Source: an uncultured Gammaproteobacteria bacterium (GTDB lineage Bacteria; Patescibacteriota; Microgenomatia; Levybacterales; UBA12049). From it: DNA of 64,000 bases. The stretch is taken from NCBI GenBank assembly GCA_964540055.1, contig CAZILC010000004.1, positions 13,745 to 77,744 of the forward strand, in the 5' to 3' direction. The position numbers were made by a program, and so were the translations under genes. The notes below the pieces were generated by a model. That model searched no databases. It was not told the DNA's origin and saw only the letters and a list, made by a program, of their open reading frames with translations. Positions 9,691 through 19,691 of this stretch are shown one piece after another (positions within the stretch are counted from its first letter, which is position 1; every line of letters starts with the position of its first letter).

Positions 9691-11811
9691 TTATTTCATG
9701 AATTTTTTTAGCATAGTCCAAAAAGAATCATAAAATATTAGTCCTATCATTATACAAACTGCTATGATTTGAAACGCTATACTCCATGATAAATAGTTTG
9801 GATGATAAATTAATGTTATGTCATTTTTACCTTTTTGAAGTTTAAAAGTTGTGAATCCAAAAGCTGCTTGGGATGTGGATTTTGAATATCCGTTTATATA
9901 AAGTTTCCAGTCAGGAGTGTACGTGCTACTCCAAATTAATTGTTGATTTACTTTTCTAGAGTTAACAGTTGCCGATATGGAATTAGGTTCAAATTGCGTA
10001 ATTTTTATTGTTTTTGATAATACTGCAATTGGTTTCTGATTAGTGTCGGGAAAATAAAAAATGTAATGTGTTAGATAAAGGAACTCCTTCTCCCCTAAAG
10101 TCATTCGGAGATGATGCATAGATGGCGCGCTTAATACTGAACGTTCCAAAGAAGACGTAGGAATTTTGGTAATCTGAGAGTTAACTGAGTTTGCTCTGAT
10201 ATTTGATTTGTAGGTAAAATTGTATCGTGCGTTTTTATTTAATTGTGCTACAAAGCTTTTTGCATCCGTATTTATAAAACTTGCCGCCCTATCACGGTAC
10301 GATAAATAATGAAATGAATTCGGAATATATTCGGTAAGACCTACAAAGACAAACAAAATAACAATAAACTTTTTGTCAAACTTTTTAATAGATTTATAAA
10401 CCAAAAAACCATATGAGGTAATAAATATGAATGTCAATAAAAAGATCAATTGTAAAGTGAAAAAATTGTAGGGATGAGGTGATGATTTAACAATTAACAA
10501 AATTATTGAAACTGTCAATAAAACCAATATTATAATTTGTGCTAGTAAAAGCTTTTTAAGCTCTTTTTTATCGAATTGTTTATATAATATCCCAAGACCG
10601 AAGCAAGTTAAGGTTATCATAAAAAATTCAACAAGTACCAAATACCAACCATGCCATCGTGAAAACTGTAAAAATGGCAAGAACTTTGTAGCAAAAAATC
10701 CGGTAGCATAATTACTATCTAAACTTATCGCAAATATAAAAATACTAAAAAAAGCCAAAAGAAGCGTTTGACTAAGATATTTTTTATGAAAGAGCGAATA
10801 AAGAAGCAAACAAAGATTAAAAATTCCTATGTAAATCATATAGGTATTACTTGGTGAAGGAATAATAGCAAACCAAGGAATAAATGAAGGAAAATTATTA
10901 ACAAAAAATAGGGTAAAAATTTCTTTCATATGAGCTGCACCTGAAAAAGGGCTATAAGGAACCCAACGAAGAGAATTTAAAGATAATTTTGTAAATTCCC
11001 ACAACTGCAACCACTCCAAATTTGAGATTCCGATAAAAAGTAAAATTGCCAGAAAAACAGGAACTGACATTTTAACAAGATAGATAAATCTTTTGGAATA
11101 TTTTCCTTGTAATAAAACAAAAAAATGTTCCGAATAAACGAATAGGAAAATTATTGGTAAAAATAAAATGTTCAATCCCAAATACCCTGTCGAAAAAATA
11201 ATTAGTAAAAAAAGCGCGAACAAACCAATATGTCTTTTTGAACCCCCAAGTATTAGTTTTAGCGAATAGGCGAGAAACGGAATCATACTCATTGTTGTCA
11301 GTGGATTTTCTTCAGGAACCGTGGTCACAATCATAGGACAAATACTGAAGCAAAACGCTCCATAGAGAGCAATCCATCTGTTTACATACATTTTAAGCCA
11401 ATAAAACATTCCTAAAAAGCACAGTATTTGTACTATGAAAACGTCAATGGTATATATAGTCATTGTATAGTTACCGAAAAAACTTGAAAAAAGAACTAGT
11501 GGAGAAATGTTATAAAAACTAACATTAAACGAATCAGGCATTCCGTTAAATCTCCATTGATCCCATAATGGATAAATTCCTAAACGAAATGCATTACTTG
11601 TGATAAATTTGTTCGGATAATCATAAACAAGTGAATCTCCAAAAGTAATATGATTACTAGAGGTGCCATAATAAGAATAGAAAATGACAAAAGAAAATCC
11701 AAGCAATAGAATAAACATTAGATAAAAAATGATATTTCCGAAGCGATTTTTTTTATTTTTATTCATTAAAACACAAAAATATTTACCATCGATATTTATG
11801 TTATCATTCAA
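9691..11811 (-). CDS. YfhO-like GT-C membrane protein
   Basis: 706 aa and highly polytopic, with an FGDSLVYDYP...YPLWDQWRFNGMP loop and a C-terminal YTPDWKLYINGY beta-domain plus a final TM. The listed start is TTG; an in-frame ATG lies at 11766. Confidence 0.55.
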   Translation of the reverse strand: MNDNINIDGKYFCVLMNKNKKNRFGNIIFYLMFILLLGFSFVIFYSYYGTSSNHITFGDSLVYDYPNKFITSNAFRLGIYPLWDQWRFNGMPDSFNVSFYNISPLVLFSSFFGNYTMTIYTIDVFIVQILCFLGMFYWLKMYVNRWIALYGAFCFSICPMIVTTVPEENPLTTMSMIPFLAYSLKLILGGSKRHIGLFALFLLIIFSTGYLGLNILFLPIIFLFVYSEHFFVLLQGKYSKRFIYLVKMSVPVFLAILLFIGISNLEWLQLWEFTKLSLNSLRWVPYSPFSGAAHMKEIFTLFFVNNFPSFIPWFAIIPSPSNTYMIYIGIFNLCLLLYSLFHKKYLSQTLLLAFFSIFIFAISLDSNYATGFFATKFLPFLQFSRWHGWYLVLVEFFMITLTCFGLGILYKQFDKKELKKLLLAQIIILVLLTVSIILLIVKSSPHPYNFFTLQLIFLLTFIFITSYGFLVYKSIKKFDKKFIVILFVFVGLTEYIPNSFHYLSYRDRAASFINTDAKSFVAQLNKNARYNFTYKSNIRANSVNSQITKIPTSSLERSVLSAPSMHHLRMTLGEKEFLYLTHYIFYFPDTNQKPIAVLSKTIKITQFEPNSISATVNSRKVNQQLIWSSTYTPDWKLYINGYSKSTSQAAFGFTTFKLQKGKNDITLIYHPNYLSWSIAFQIIAVCIMIGLIFYDSFWTMLKKFMK

Positions 11812-11886
11812 AGTATGATTGAAACAATATTATTAACTGAAATATAAAAAAATAATTTTTAGTAAGATTTCGTGTGCATATACATT

Positions 11887-12951
11887 TTAGAAAGAAGAAG
11901 CCATTTTTATCCCAAATTCAATGCGACCTCGTAATATTTCTCGGTTTTTATGATGATATATACGCGCAACAGCTTTCGCAAGAGAAAGACGAAGGTAATA
12001 ATACCAATACCTTTGCCAAAAATTCTTTGGGAGTTTTTTATTTTGACAATACCCTTCAAAAAGAGCGTCAAACCAGGACTGATTCCCATAAGCACCGCTC
12101 CCGAAAAAAGCGAGGTCATAAATAAAATCACCTGATAATGCATCTCCCCAATCGATAAATACTATTTCCTTATTTCTTACGAATATATTATGATTAGCGA
12201 GATCGCCATGAAGTAATACAGGCTCTATTTTTTTTAATAAAAAGCTTTGTTTGGTAAGAATATCCTTTATTATCTTTCTCTCCTTCACGGAAATTACATT
12301 TTGTTTCTCACAGAATTGCAAATGTGAATCAAGATTGCAAAAAATAAATTGTTCCCAGCTTTCATATGCTCCTGTCAAAAATGTTTTATTTACTTTGAGA
12401 AGATAGGGACCGTATTTTTTTCTTTTTATCTGATGGATTTTTGCAAGTAATTTCCCTGCATTTTGATGAAATTCTTTAGGAATTTTTTTTTGTAATGAAA
12501 TCGTATATAGGGTATTACCATACTGATATTCACTTATTTCATAATCTGTTGGAATTACTTTTCTTGATACATCAACAAAAAGAATATTTTTTCGCGGAAT
12601 ATTTTTTGTTTCGAAAAGTTCATCAATTTGTTTTTCGATAAAAAACTGAAACTCTTTATGTATCCGGGGAAAACTATTAAAACGGACTACATGTGTTACA
12701 TTATTATTATCAGTTACGAAATATACTTTGTGAAGACTCGTATTTGATACCTGTTTAATTGTTCTCGGTTCTCTACCAAAATAAACCTTATAAAGTTTTT
12801 GTATATTCTTTATTGAAATTTCTATTGGGGAATTATGCCTTATTAAACGTGGAAAGTCAGTGGTAGTAATAAAGAGTGATTTTCTAGAATTTTCAAATTC
12901 CAGTATATCTTCTTTATAATCACGCAACACCTTAGAAATTGTCATAACCAA
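11887..12951 (-). CDS. APH/choline-kinase-fold small-molecule (sugar?) kinase
   Basis: LLHGDLANHNIFV matches the HGDxxxxN catalytic loop and FIDWGDA is the DxG-like metal-binding motif. Confidence 0.6.
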   Translation of the reverse strand: MVMTISKVLRDYKEDILEFENSRKSLFITTTDFPRLIRHNSPIEISIKNIQKLYKVYFGREPRTIKQVSNTSLHKVYFVTDNNNVTHVVRFNSFPRIHKEFQFFIEKQIDELFETKNIPRKNILFVDVSRKVIPTDYEISEYQYGNTLYTISLQKKIPKEFHQNAGKLLAKIHQIKRKKYGPYLLKVNKTFLTGAYESWEQFIFCNLDSHLQFCEKQNVISVKERKIIKDILTKQSFLLKKIEPVLLHGDLANHNIFVRNKEIVFIDWGDALSGDFIYDLAFFGSGAYGNQSWFDALFEGYCQNKKLPKNFWQRYWYYYLRLSLAKAVARIYHHKNREILRGRIEFGIKMASSF

Positions 12952-13858
12952 GTTGTTGGCTAATTACTCGTGTATACATTTTAATTTCTGCATATTCCTG
13001 TTTTGTTAATTCTTTACTTGTTTCTTTATTTTCGTGACTTGTAGGTGTTTGAATTGTTCCCCAAGGTGTTGTAAAAGTAAGTCTTTTTCCATTCCATGAA
13101 CGATACGCGAGGCTGTCAGAATAGGTAATTCCGAGTTTTTTAACAAGAGGTAGAAAAAAATTCTCTTTTTTTGCAACGAGGTCTTCAAAAGTTACAAGAT
13201 GAAAATTTTTAGGATATTTTTTTGCAAAAATAAGCGCGTAGTATTGTACAATACTCCATGTAAGAGCATATCTTTTAAGAGAATAAGGAACCGGACGTCT
13301 TTTTGTCTCAGCATATGCGGAATAAGGATTACGAACAATATGGACAATATGCGCTTGCGGAAAATCCGCAAAAATCTTATCAGCATCGACACCAATGATA
13401 GGGCTATAACCCATATAGACTTTTTCCCTACCGCTACGGTTATAATCTTTCCAGGCTTCAAAAGTGGAAATAAAAAAAGATTCGATGATATTTTCTCGTG
13501 TTCTTGGTGACTTTTTAAGTAACTGTAAAAAAATATTTTTACGATCACTATCTGTTAATTTCATTTCTGCGTCTTTAAATTTACTTGCAAGAGGTGTTTT
13601 AATATGTCTTTTGAGTTCTTCGTCGATAATATTTTCGTAATCATTTTCAAATGTATCATTGAGAGAAAATTCAGGCCAACGGTATTTGACAGGAAAACTA
13701 CTTTTCAAATAATCATTAACAAATGGTGTCCCTAACTGAGACTCGAAAGGATATACAAATAATTGTGGGTGACCATCAAAAAAACGATGTATTGTGTTTC
13801 CTCCATTCTCATACATCGCTGAGATCATGATAAATTTGAATGGTAATTTGTTCAACAT
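12932..13858 (-). CDS. Sulfotransferase-family protein (putative)
   Basis: 308 aa and soluble. HIVHIVRNPYSAY resembles the 3'-phosphate-binding RDPxD-type motif, and there is an N-terminal P-loop-like segment SAMYENGGNTIHR. The assignment is moderate only. Confidence 0.4.
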   Translation of the reverse strand: MLNKLPFKFIMISAMYENGGNTIHRFFDGHPQLFVYPFESQLGTPFVNDYLKSSFPVKYRWPEFSLNDTFENDYENIIDEELKRHIKTPLASKFKDAEMKLTDSDRKNIFLQLLKKSPRTRENIIESFFISTFEAWKDYNRSGREKVYMGYSPIIGVDADKIFADFPQAHIVHIVRNPYSAYAETKRRPVPYSLKRYALTWSIVQYYALIFAKKYPKNFHLVTFEDLVAKKENFFLPLVKKLGITYSDSLAYRSWNGKRLTFTTPWGTIQTPTSHENKETSKELTKQEYAEIKMYTRVISQQLGYDNF

Positions 13859-13890
13859 AATTTATATTGTTATAATACACTATTTTATAA

Positions 13891-14586
13891 TTAGTGAAAA
13901 GGCCTAAATCGAAAAATAATCATATATTTAAGCATTTCGAAAATATTTTTTATTGTAGTTGATGAAACACCAGTAGATCTTTTACGTGAAGTAATAGGGA
14001 TTTCAATTATTTTTATTTTTCCTCTAATTTTAAGGAGCAATTCTAAATCAAAACTAACATTTGGTGAAATAAAAGATACTGAAGAGATAACATCTGAAGG
14101 GAGTATTTTTGGCGTACCATTGATATCTCTATAGCGAATGTTAAAAAGTATAAAGGCAAGATTATTATAGAAATTTGAATTGATTTTTCTGATAAGATTT
14201 TCTCGTGTAATGCGTTTCGTTTTAACCAAAACATTTTTTTTTGTGGATGCCAAACGATACATCTTGGGAATAATTGCAGGATCAATTTGATTATCTGAGA
14301 CGGTATAACAAATATATTTTCCTTTCGCATGCCTAATTCCTTTTGCTACTGCTTTTCCCCAGCCTTTCTCAGAGGTATACAGGTAATAATTTTTGTAAAC
14401 TTTTATTAGTTTTTTAAGCACTTCAAAACTTTTATCTGTAGAGCCGTTTTCAATACACAAAACCTCATAAGAGATGGTTGTCTTTGACAGGTAATGATGG
14501 ATATCATGGACAACCTTTTGGATTACTTGTTCTTCATTGTGGACAGGAACAATAATTGATAAGTCAGGTAATGTATTTCTAGACAT
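13891..14586 (-). CDS. Short GT2 glycosyltransferase (DPM1/ArnC/GtrB-like polyprenyl-phosphate sugar synthase candidate)
   Basis: 231 aa with LSIIVPVHNEE, ENGSTD and VSDN (DxD-like). There is no C-terminal TM. Confidence 0.6.
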   Translation of the reverse strand: MSRNTLPDLSIIVPVHNEEQVIQKVVHDIHHYLSKTTISYEVLCIENGSTDKSFEVLKKLIKVYKNYYLYTSEKGWGKAVAKGIRHAKGKYICYTVSDNQIDPAIIPKMYRLASTKKNVLVKTKRITRENLIRKINSNFYNNLAFILFNIRYRDINGTPKILPSDVISSVSFISPNVSFDLELLLKIRGKIKIIEIPITSRKRSTGVSSTTIKNIFEMLKYMIIFRFRPFH

Positions 14587-14821
14587 GTGATTTGTATTAA
14601 TCCATTGCCATTATACATACTGCTCAAAAATATTGCTATTCTTTCGCACAATGATTCCCAACAATAACCATCAGCAATCTCTTCCGTCCTGTTTTGATGT
14701 AAGTCCAATCACCTTAGTTAGTACAATGGGACGGTAATTTACCGGCCACACTAGGTGGAATTAGAATAAATATAGATTGTATTGCTCAAATAAGCATTAT
14801 ATAATAGCAAGCATTGTGAGT

Positions 14822-15775
14822 ATGTCTACAAAAAGCAAAGGACAGGTTTTTATAACCGGTGCAAGCGGTTTTGTCGGAGCAAATCTTACAAGAGCTTTAA
14901 TAAAAAAAAATTACGCAACGCATATTCTCACAAAATCAAAAATTTTCCCATGGAGATTACAAGGTCTTGAAAATAAAATTAGCAATCATATTGGAGATAT
15001 AACTGATTTTTCCTCAGTAAAGAAGACCTTAACAAGCGTTAAACCTGATTATATTATCCATCTTGCAGTCTACGGTGCCTATCACTTTCAAACCGAATTG
15101 GATAAAATTGTAAATGTTAATATTGTCGGTGTAAGAAATCTTCTTGATGCGTCACGTGATATTCCCTATAAGTGTTTTATTAATACTGGAAGCTCATCGG
15201 AATATGGTATTAAAAATGCTCCGATGAAAGAAAATGATTTTTGTGACCCGATTAGTTATTATGCAGCCACCAAACTCGGTGCAACACATATTGGTAAAGT
15301 ATTTGCTCTCATGAATAACAAGCCGGTAGTAACTTTTCGTTTATTTTCAGTGTATGGGCCTTATGAAGCCCCAACAAGACTTGTACCTGTAATGATGAAA
15401 TCGTTAATCACGAGACAAACTATTAATCTCTCTCCTGGAAAACAAAGACGTGATTTTATTTATGTTGAGGATGTTTGTGATGCGTATCTTAAAGCATTAA
15501 CAGTAGGTAAAAAAATCACAGGGGAGATTTTAAACATAGGAACAGGAAGAGAATATACAAATGAAGAAGTCGTCAAAGCACTTTTTGCGGTTACCGGACA
15601 AAAAACAAAGATTGCTAAAGGAGCATATCCCAAAAGACCCTGGGAAGCATTACATTGGAAAGCAAGTATATCCCATACGAAGGAACTATTAGGTTGGACT
15701 CCTAAAGTTACTCTTGACAAAGGCTTGCAAGGAACATATTCTTGGTTTGAAAAAAATGTCCATCTATATCAATAA
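14822..15775 (+). CDS. NAD-dependent nucleotide-sugar epimerase/dehydratase (extended SDR)
   Basis: VFITGASGFVGANL and YYAATK (YxxxK) fit the family. I prefer the ATG at 14822 over the TTG at 14777. Confidence 0.7.
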   Translation: MSTKSKGQVFITGASGFVGANLTRALIKKNYATHILTKSKIFPWRLQGLENKISNHIGDITDFSSVKKTLTSVKPDYIIHLAVYGAYHFQTELDKIVNVNIVGVRNLLDASRDIPYKCFINTGSSSEYGIKNAPMKENDFCDPISYYAATKLGATHIGKVFALMNNKPVVTFRLFSVYGPYEAPTRLVPVMMKSLITRQTINLSPGKQRRDFIYVEDVCDAYLKALTVGKKITGEILNIGTGREYTNEEVVKALFAVTGQKTKIAKGAYPKRPWEALHWKASISHTKELLGWTPKVTLDKGLQGTYSWFEKNVHLYQ

Positions 15776-15777
15776 AA

Positions 15778-16506
15778 ATGTCGAAATTTTCCCTTAAAAA
15801 GTTAACAAAAGAGCAAAAAAAGTTAAGAAAAAGAATCCTTGAAGTAAGTTATGAACAAAAACTTTCTCATATAGGATCTTGTCTCAGTGTCATCGATATT
15901 ATTGCAGCTATTTATAAAATAAAAAAACCTACAGAGAAATTTATTTTATCTAATGGTCATGCCGGAGTTGCCTGGTATATTATTTTGGAAAAATATAAAA
16001 TTATCGATAGTTCCCAGTTAAAAACATTGGGTGTTCATCCCGACAGAAATCCTCTGATTGATATCCATGTTTCAACAGGAAGTTTGGGCCAAGGATTCCC
16101 CATTGCACTTGGCATGGCTCTTGCCAATCGTCATAAAAACGTCTACTGCATGCTATCAGATGGTGAAAGTACCGAAGGAAGTATCTGGGAGACCCTCAGA
16201 ATTATTCAAGAAAATAACGTACTTAATTTAAAAACAGTGATAAATGTTAATGGCTGGTCAGCTTATGCTAAAGTAGCTATTCCTCCTCTGGTAAAACGAT
16301 TTAAAGGTTTTGATTTTAATGTAGATAAAATTGACGGTCATGACATAAAAAAAATTGAACAAGCATTGAAAAAGAAAAATACAAAACCAACAATAATTTT
16401 TGCATATACACAAGTTGAACAATTTTCTTTTCTCAAAGGTTTGGATGCACATTATTATGTCATGAATCAAGACGACTTTGAAAAAGCGCTAAAAAAATTA
16501 ACATGA
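15778..16506 (+). CDS. Transketolase-like ThDP enzyme, N-terminal (PP-binding) subunit
   Basis: 242 aa with SHIGSCLS, SNGHAG and LSDGESTEGSIWE (GDG-type ThDP/Mg motif). It has an ATGA overlap with the next ORF. Confidence 0.65.
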   Translation: MSKFSLKKLTKEQKKLRKRILEVSYEQKLSHIGSCLSVIDIIAAIYKIKKPTEKFILSNGHAGVAWYIILEKYKIIDSSQLKTLGVHPDRNPLIDIHVSTGSLGQGFPIALGMALANRHKNVYCMLSDGESTEGSIWETLRIIQENNVLNLKTVINVNGWSAYAKVAIPPLVKRFKGFDFNVDKIDGHDIKKIEQALKKKNTKPTIIFAYTQVEQFSFLKGLDAHYYVMNQDDFEKALKKLT

Positions 16507-17003
16507 GCAAACATAAATTTCACCGAATGCGGCCTCTTTTTGCCACTAGCATTCACGAACATATGAAAAAAAACAAAGACATATGGGTAATTGTCGGCGA
16601 TTTCGGTTATCGCATGTGGGACGATGTAAAAAAAGATTTCCCGGATCGTTTTATTAATGTTGGTGCATCTGAGCAAGCTATGATCGGAATTGCCGTTGGA
16701 CTAGCTCTTGAAGGGAAAATTCCTGTTGTTTATACAGCCACAACTTTCCTTCTCTATAGACCTTTTGAGACTATCCGTAATTATATAAATTATGAATCAA
16801 TCCCTGTACATCTTATCGGATCGGGAAGAAAAAAAGACTATAAGCATGACGGTATATCCCATTGGGTGCTTGAAGATAAAAAGGTTATGTCTTTATTTAA
16901 AAATATTTCCGCTCATTGGCCGAAAGATGAAAATGAAATTCCAAGACTTGTCGAAAAAATGATTATCAGTAACAAACCATGGTATATTAATTTAAAACGT
17001 TAA
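16503..17003 (+). CDS. Transketolase-like ThDP enzyme, pyrimidine-binding subunit, lacking the usual C-terminal domain
   Basis: 166 aa with FINVGASEQAMIGIAVGLALEG. It ends at KPWYINLKR, about where the Pyr domain normally ends. Confidence 0.55.
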   Translation: MSKHKFHRMRPLFATSIHEHMKKNKDIWVIVGDFGYRMWDDVKKDFPDRFINVGASEQAMIGIAVGLALEGKIPVVYTATTFLLYRPFETIRNYINYESIPVHLIGSGRKKDYKHDGISHWVLEDKKVMSLFKNISAHWPKDENEIPRLVEKMIISNKPWYINLKR

Positions 17004-17203
17004 ACTTACTTAAAAGTTAGAAATCTCATTCCAAAAACCTTGTAGCAAAATTCAAGGTATTAAACATTACCCTAATATATCACATAGATACCTGCTTTAC
17101 CCAATATATTTTACCCCTAATTCGTTCGACAAAAGTATCAACTCCAGAAGCCTCGTATCGACCAAGGATCTCATAACTTGATAGCATAGCAGAGCCGATT
17201 ATC

Positions 17204-17233
17204 TTGCTAAACGCAAGTTACTAGTACTATAAT
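17204..17233 (+). promoter_or_regulatory. Sigma70-like promoter, TTGCTA-18 nt-TATAAT
   Basis: The -35 is at 17204..17209 and the -10 at 17228..17233. The ATG follows 10 nt after the -10 and no SD is visible. Confidence 0.4.
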
Positions 17234-17243
17234 TTTGTAAGCA

Positions 17244-18482
17244 ATGTATCTCGCTAACAAAATTTCTCTCAGCTCAATTCTTCTAGCTTGTTCCTTCTTA
17301 ATCGCTGTAATTATTTCCTTCCACTATATACTTCCTGACATAATTGGATCCCCTGGAGGATACTTTCCGGGAGGTGAAAGTGTCTCAGTTCATATCGCAA
17401 TGGCAAAAATGATCCTTAACGGTTCAATTCTTCATCCGCCAAATCTTATCGAAAACTTTTTATTTCCCGCTTCGAACCATCTACTTCTTGCACTAATTTT
17501 GTTAACCAGAATTCCCGTCAATCTGTTTAATGTAATTGGAATTGCTGCGCTTTTTGCTGTAGCTTTATACACGGGAAAAATATTTAACTTCACTCGCATA
17601 TACGCTGTTTTTTTTGCGATTGCATTATGCTCTATCTATGGCATTCTGCGTTATGCTTTAGCTCAACAAATCGATATATGGTTATTAGTCTGGTTTTTAT
17701 TAACTTTAATACTATTATATAAGCCAAAGCCAACAATGTTATACTATGTTTTTTTGGGGTTTAGTTCGGGGATGTTATTTGGAAGCCGGTATTTCACTTG
17801 TGTGAATTTACTGATTCTACTCATTTTATATTATCGTAACTTTTTTAAGTATCTCACTATTAAGCGGTTTCTCATCTTTGCATGTTTGGTTTGCATCTTG
17901 GGAGTGTCCTGGTATATACGAAATTATATTGCAACGGGTAATCCATTTTATCCGCAAGGATTCCTCATGTTTAAAGGGGCGTGTCAAAACGAATGCTACA
18001 TGAATACTGTACTCAAGACAGTCATCACTCATCCCGCTTTTATAATCAGTGCATTTATTTCAGAATATATGATCTGGTCGTTCGCGTTTGTCCTTCTGCC
18101 AATCTTTTCAATTATTACATTTATAACCAAGCAACATAAAAAATTCACTACGGTAAACAAACTAATTCTTCTGGGAATGATAAATATTCTTATTTATTTA
18201 TTCTTTCCATCATCAGATGTGTATCATGGAGTAGTCTCAAGCGTACGATATTCATTTCCCATATATGGAACATTCATGCTCGCTCTATTCGTACTCGCTA
18301 AGCAATTACATTATGAGAAATTACTCGAGATAATCACTTTTGCAAACATCAGCTTTCTCATATTACCATATCCTTATCATCCAAAACTGTTATATCTTTA
18401 TGTGCCAATAGTAACTTCTGTAATATACTTCCTGGACAAACAAGCTGCTAAGTTTTATATTCTCAAAAACGCCCGTAAATAA
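17244..18482 (+). CDS. Polytopic membrane protein (GT-C or O-antigen-polymerase-like; family unresolved)
   Basis: 412 aa with about 11-12 hydrophobic spans and no soluble domain. Confidence 0.3.
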   Translation: MYLANKISLSSILLACSFLIAVIISFHYILPDIIGSPGGYFPGGESVSVHIAMAKMILNGSILHPPNLIENFLFPASNHLLLALILLTRIPVNLFNVIGIAALFAVALYTGKIFNFTRIYAVFFAIALCSIYGILRYALAQQIDIWLLVWFLLTLILLYKPKPTMLYYVFLGFSSGMLFGSRYFTCVNLLILLILYYRNFFKYLTIKRFLIFACLVCILGVSWYIRNYIATGNPFYPQGFLMFKGACQNECYMNTVLKTVITHPAFIISAFISEYMIWSFAFVLLPIFSIITFITKQHKKFTTVNKLILLGMINILIYLFFPSSDVYHGVVSSVRYSFPIYGTFMLALFVLAKQLHYEKLLEIITFANISFLILPYPYHPKLLYLYVPIVTSVIYFLDKQAAKFYILKNARK

Positions 18483-18606
18483 AGCACTTTTTCTTGGAAA
18501 ATTTTTTAGAATATCCAAGCAATGAAAGTTAACATAAAAACTTTGCCAAATAGCTACTTGCTCTTTACCATCCTGAAGTTGTTGCGTGTCAGGTGAACTA
18601 ACCTTA

Positions 18607-19689
18607 CTACTTTAAAAATTTTTCGAGGTCTTTTGTACGCTGTTCCCAATCCCAAAATTTGCGAATATTTTGTGAAGCATACTTTGACATCTTTTTACGT
18701 TTATTTTCATTACGAAGTAGGAAATTTATTCTATCACAAAATGCTTTTACGTCCCTCTTAATCAGGAAACCATTTTTTTGATCTATGATCGATTCACGAT
18801 ATCCTGCCTCATCAACTGCCAGCACAACAACTCCGCATCCCATTGCTTCAAGCGGAATCATTCCAAGAAGCTCATTATATGATGTAGCAATAAGTATTTT
18901 CGTTTTTCGGTAAAGATCACGTATCTGGATGTCATTCAGCCATTCATTTTCAAATAGTACTTCTCTCACAGTTATATTTTCTTTATATTGTTTTATAACA
19001 TCTTTAAAGAAATCATATCCATCGAATCGATCTCTCGAGCCAACAAATAAAATATCTATAATTCTCTTTTCACGAGTATCGGTAAAAAAATCTGAATGAA
19101 GTCCGACGTATGCAACACCTACATCTTTACCATATACATGTTTTGAAAAATCAGCTGAGTATTTTGAAGGCCCGACAATTTTATTTGCAGCGTTTATATT
19201 TTTTATATCAATTTTTTTTCTAATCAACCTATTAACTTTTTCATAAACATAACGGGTCTTATCAATATTCTCAGGAATACGATTTACAGGATCGTATACA
19301 ATTCTTAGTGGTTCCATTGCAAAGTATACTTTTTTTGGTTTTAGAAATTGGAGTATGAATGGTGCTTGTGTATATCGAGAAGGGAAAACTAAAACAACAT
19401 CATATCTTTTTCGATTAATAGTGTCTGCAATTTCCTTATGTAATTTTTTTAGTTTAAATAATTCAAATGTATCTTTGTAAATTCGAACCTTCCAGTTTTT
19501 ACCCTGCCACTTTGCCGGATTAAAAAGATAAAAATTAACAGAGTTATAAAATATTGTTTCTTTATCATTACTTTCTTCATCTACTATATATAGATCAACA
19601 GTATGTTTTTTCTTAAGACGAATCGCAAATTCATTTGCAGCTCTTCTTGCGCCGCCATTGTGGAGTTCATGAAAAATAGCTATCTTCAT
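18607..19689 (-). CDS. GT4-family (GT-B fold) glycosyltransferase
   Basis: The C-terminal motif is PLEAMGCGVVVLAVDEAGYRESIIDQKNGFL. Confidence 0.65.
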   Translation of the reverse strand: MKIAIFHELHNGGARRAANEFAIRLKKKHTVDLYIVDEESNDKETIFYNSVNFYLFNPAKWQGKNWKVRIYKDTFELFKLKKLHKEIADTINRKRYDVVLVFPSRYTQAPFILQFLKPKKVYFAMEPLRIVYDPVNRIPENIDKTRYVYEKVNRLIRKKIDIKNINAANKIVGPSKYSADFSKHVYGKDVGVAYVGLHSDFFTDTREKRIIDILFVGSRDRFDGYDFFKDVIKQYKENITVREVLFENEWLNDIQIRDLYRKTKILIATSYNELLGMIPLEAMGCGVVVLAVDEAGYRESIIDQKNGFLIKRDVKAFCDRINFLLRNENKRKKMSKYASQNIRKFWDWEQRTKDLEKFLK

Positions 19690-19691
19690 AA

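Noticed and set aside
15778-17003. Reading the split transketolase pair as the housekeeping pentose-phosphate transketolase.
   Set aside because: It is embedded in, and translationally coupled within, a nucleotide-sugar operon of the AT-rich island. It also lacks the C-terminal domain. I cannot exclude a housekeeping role without the rest of the genome, so it is kept as a finding with that caveat.
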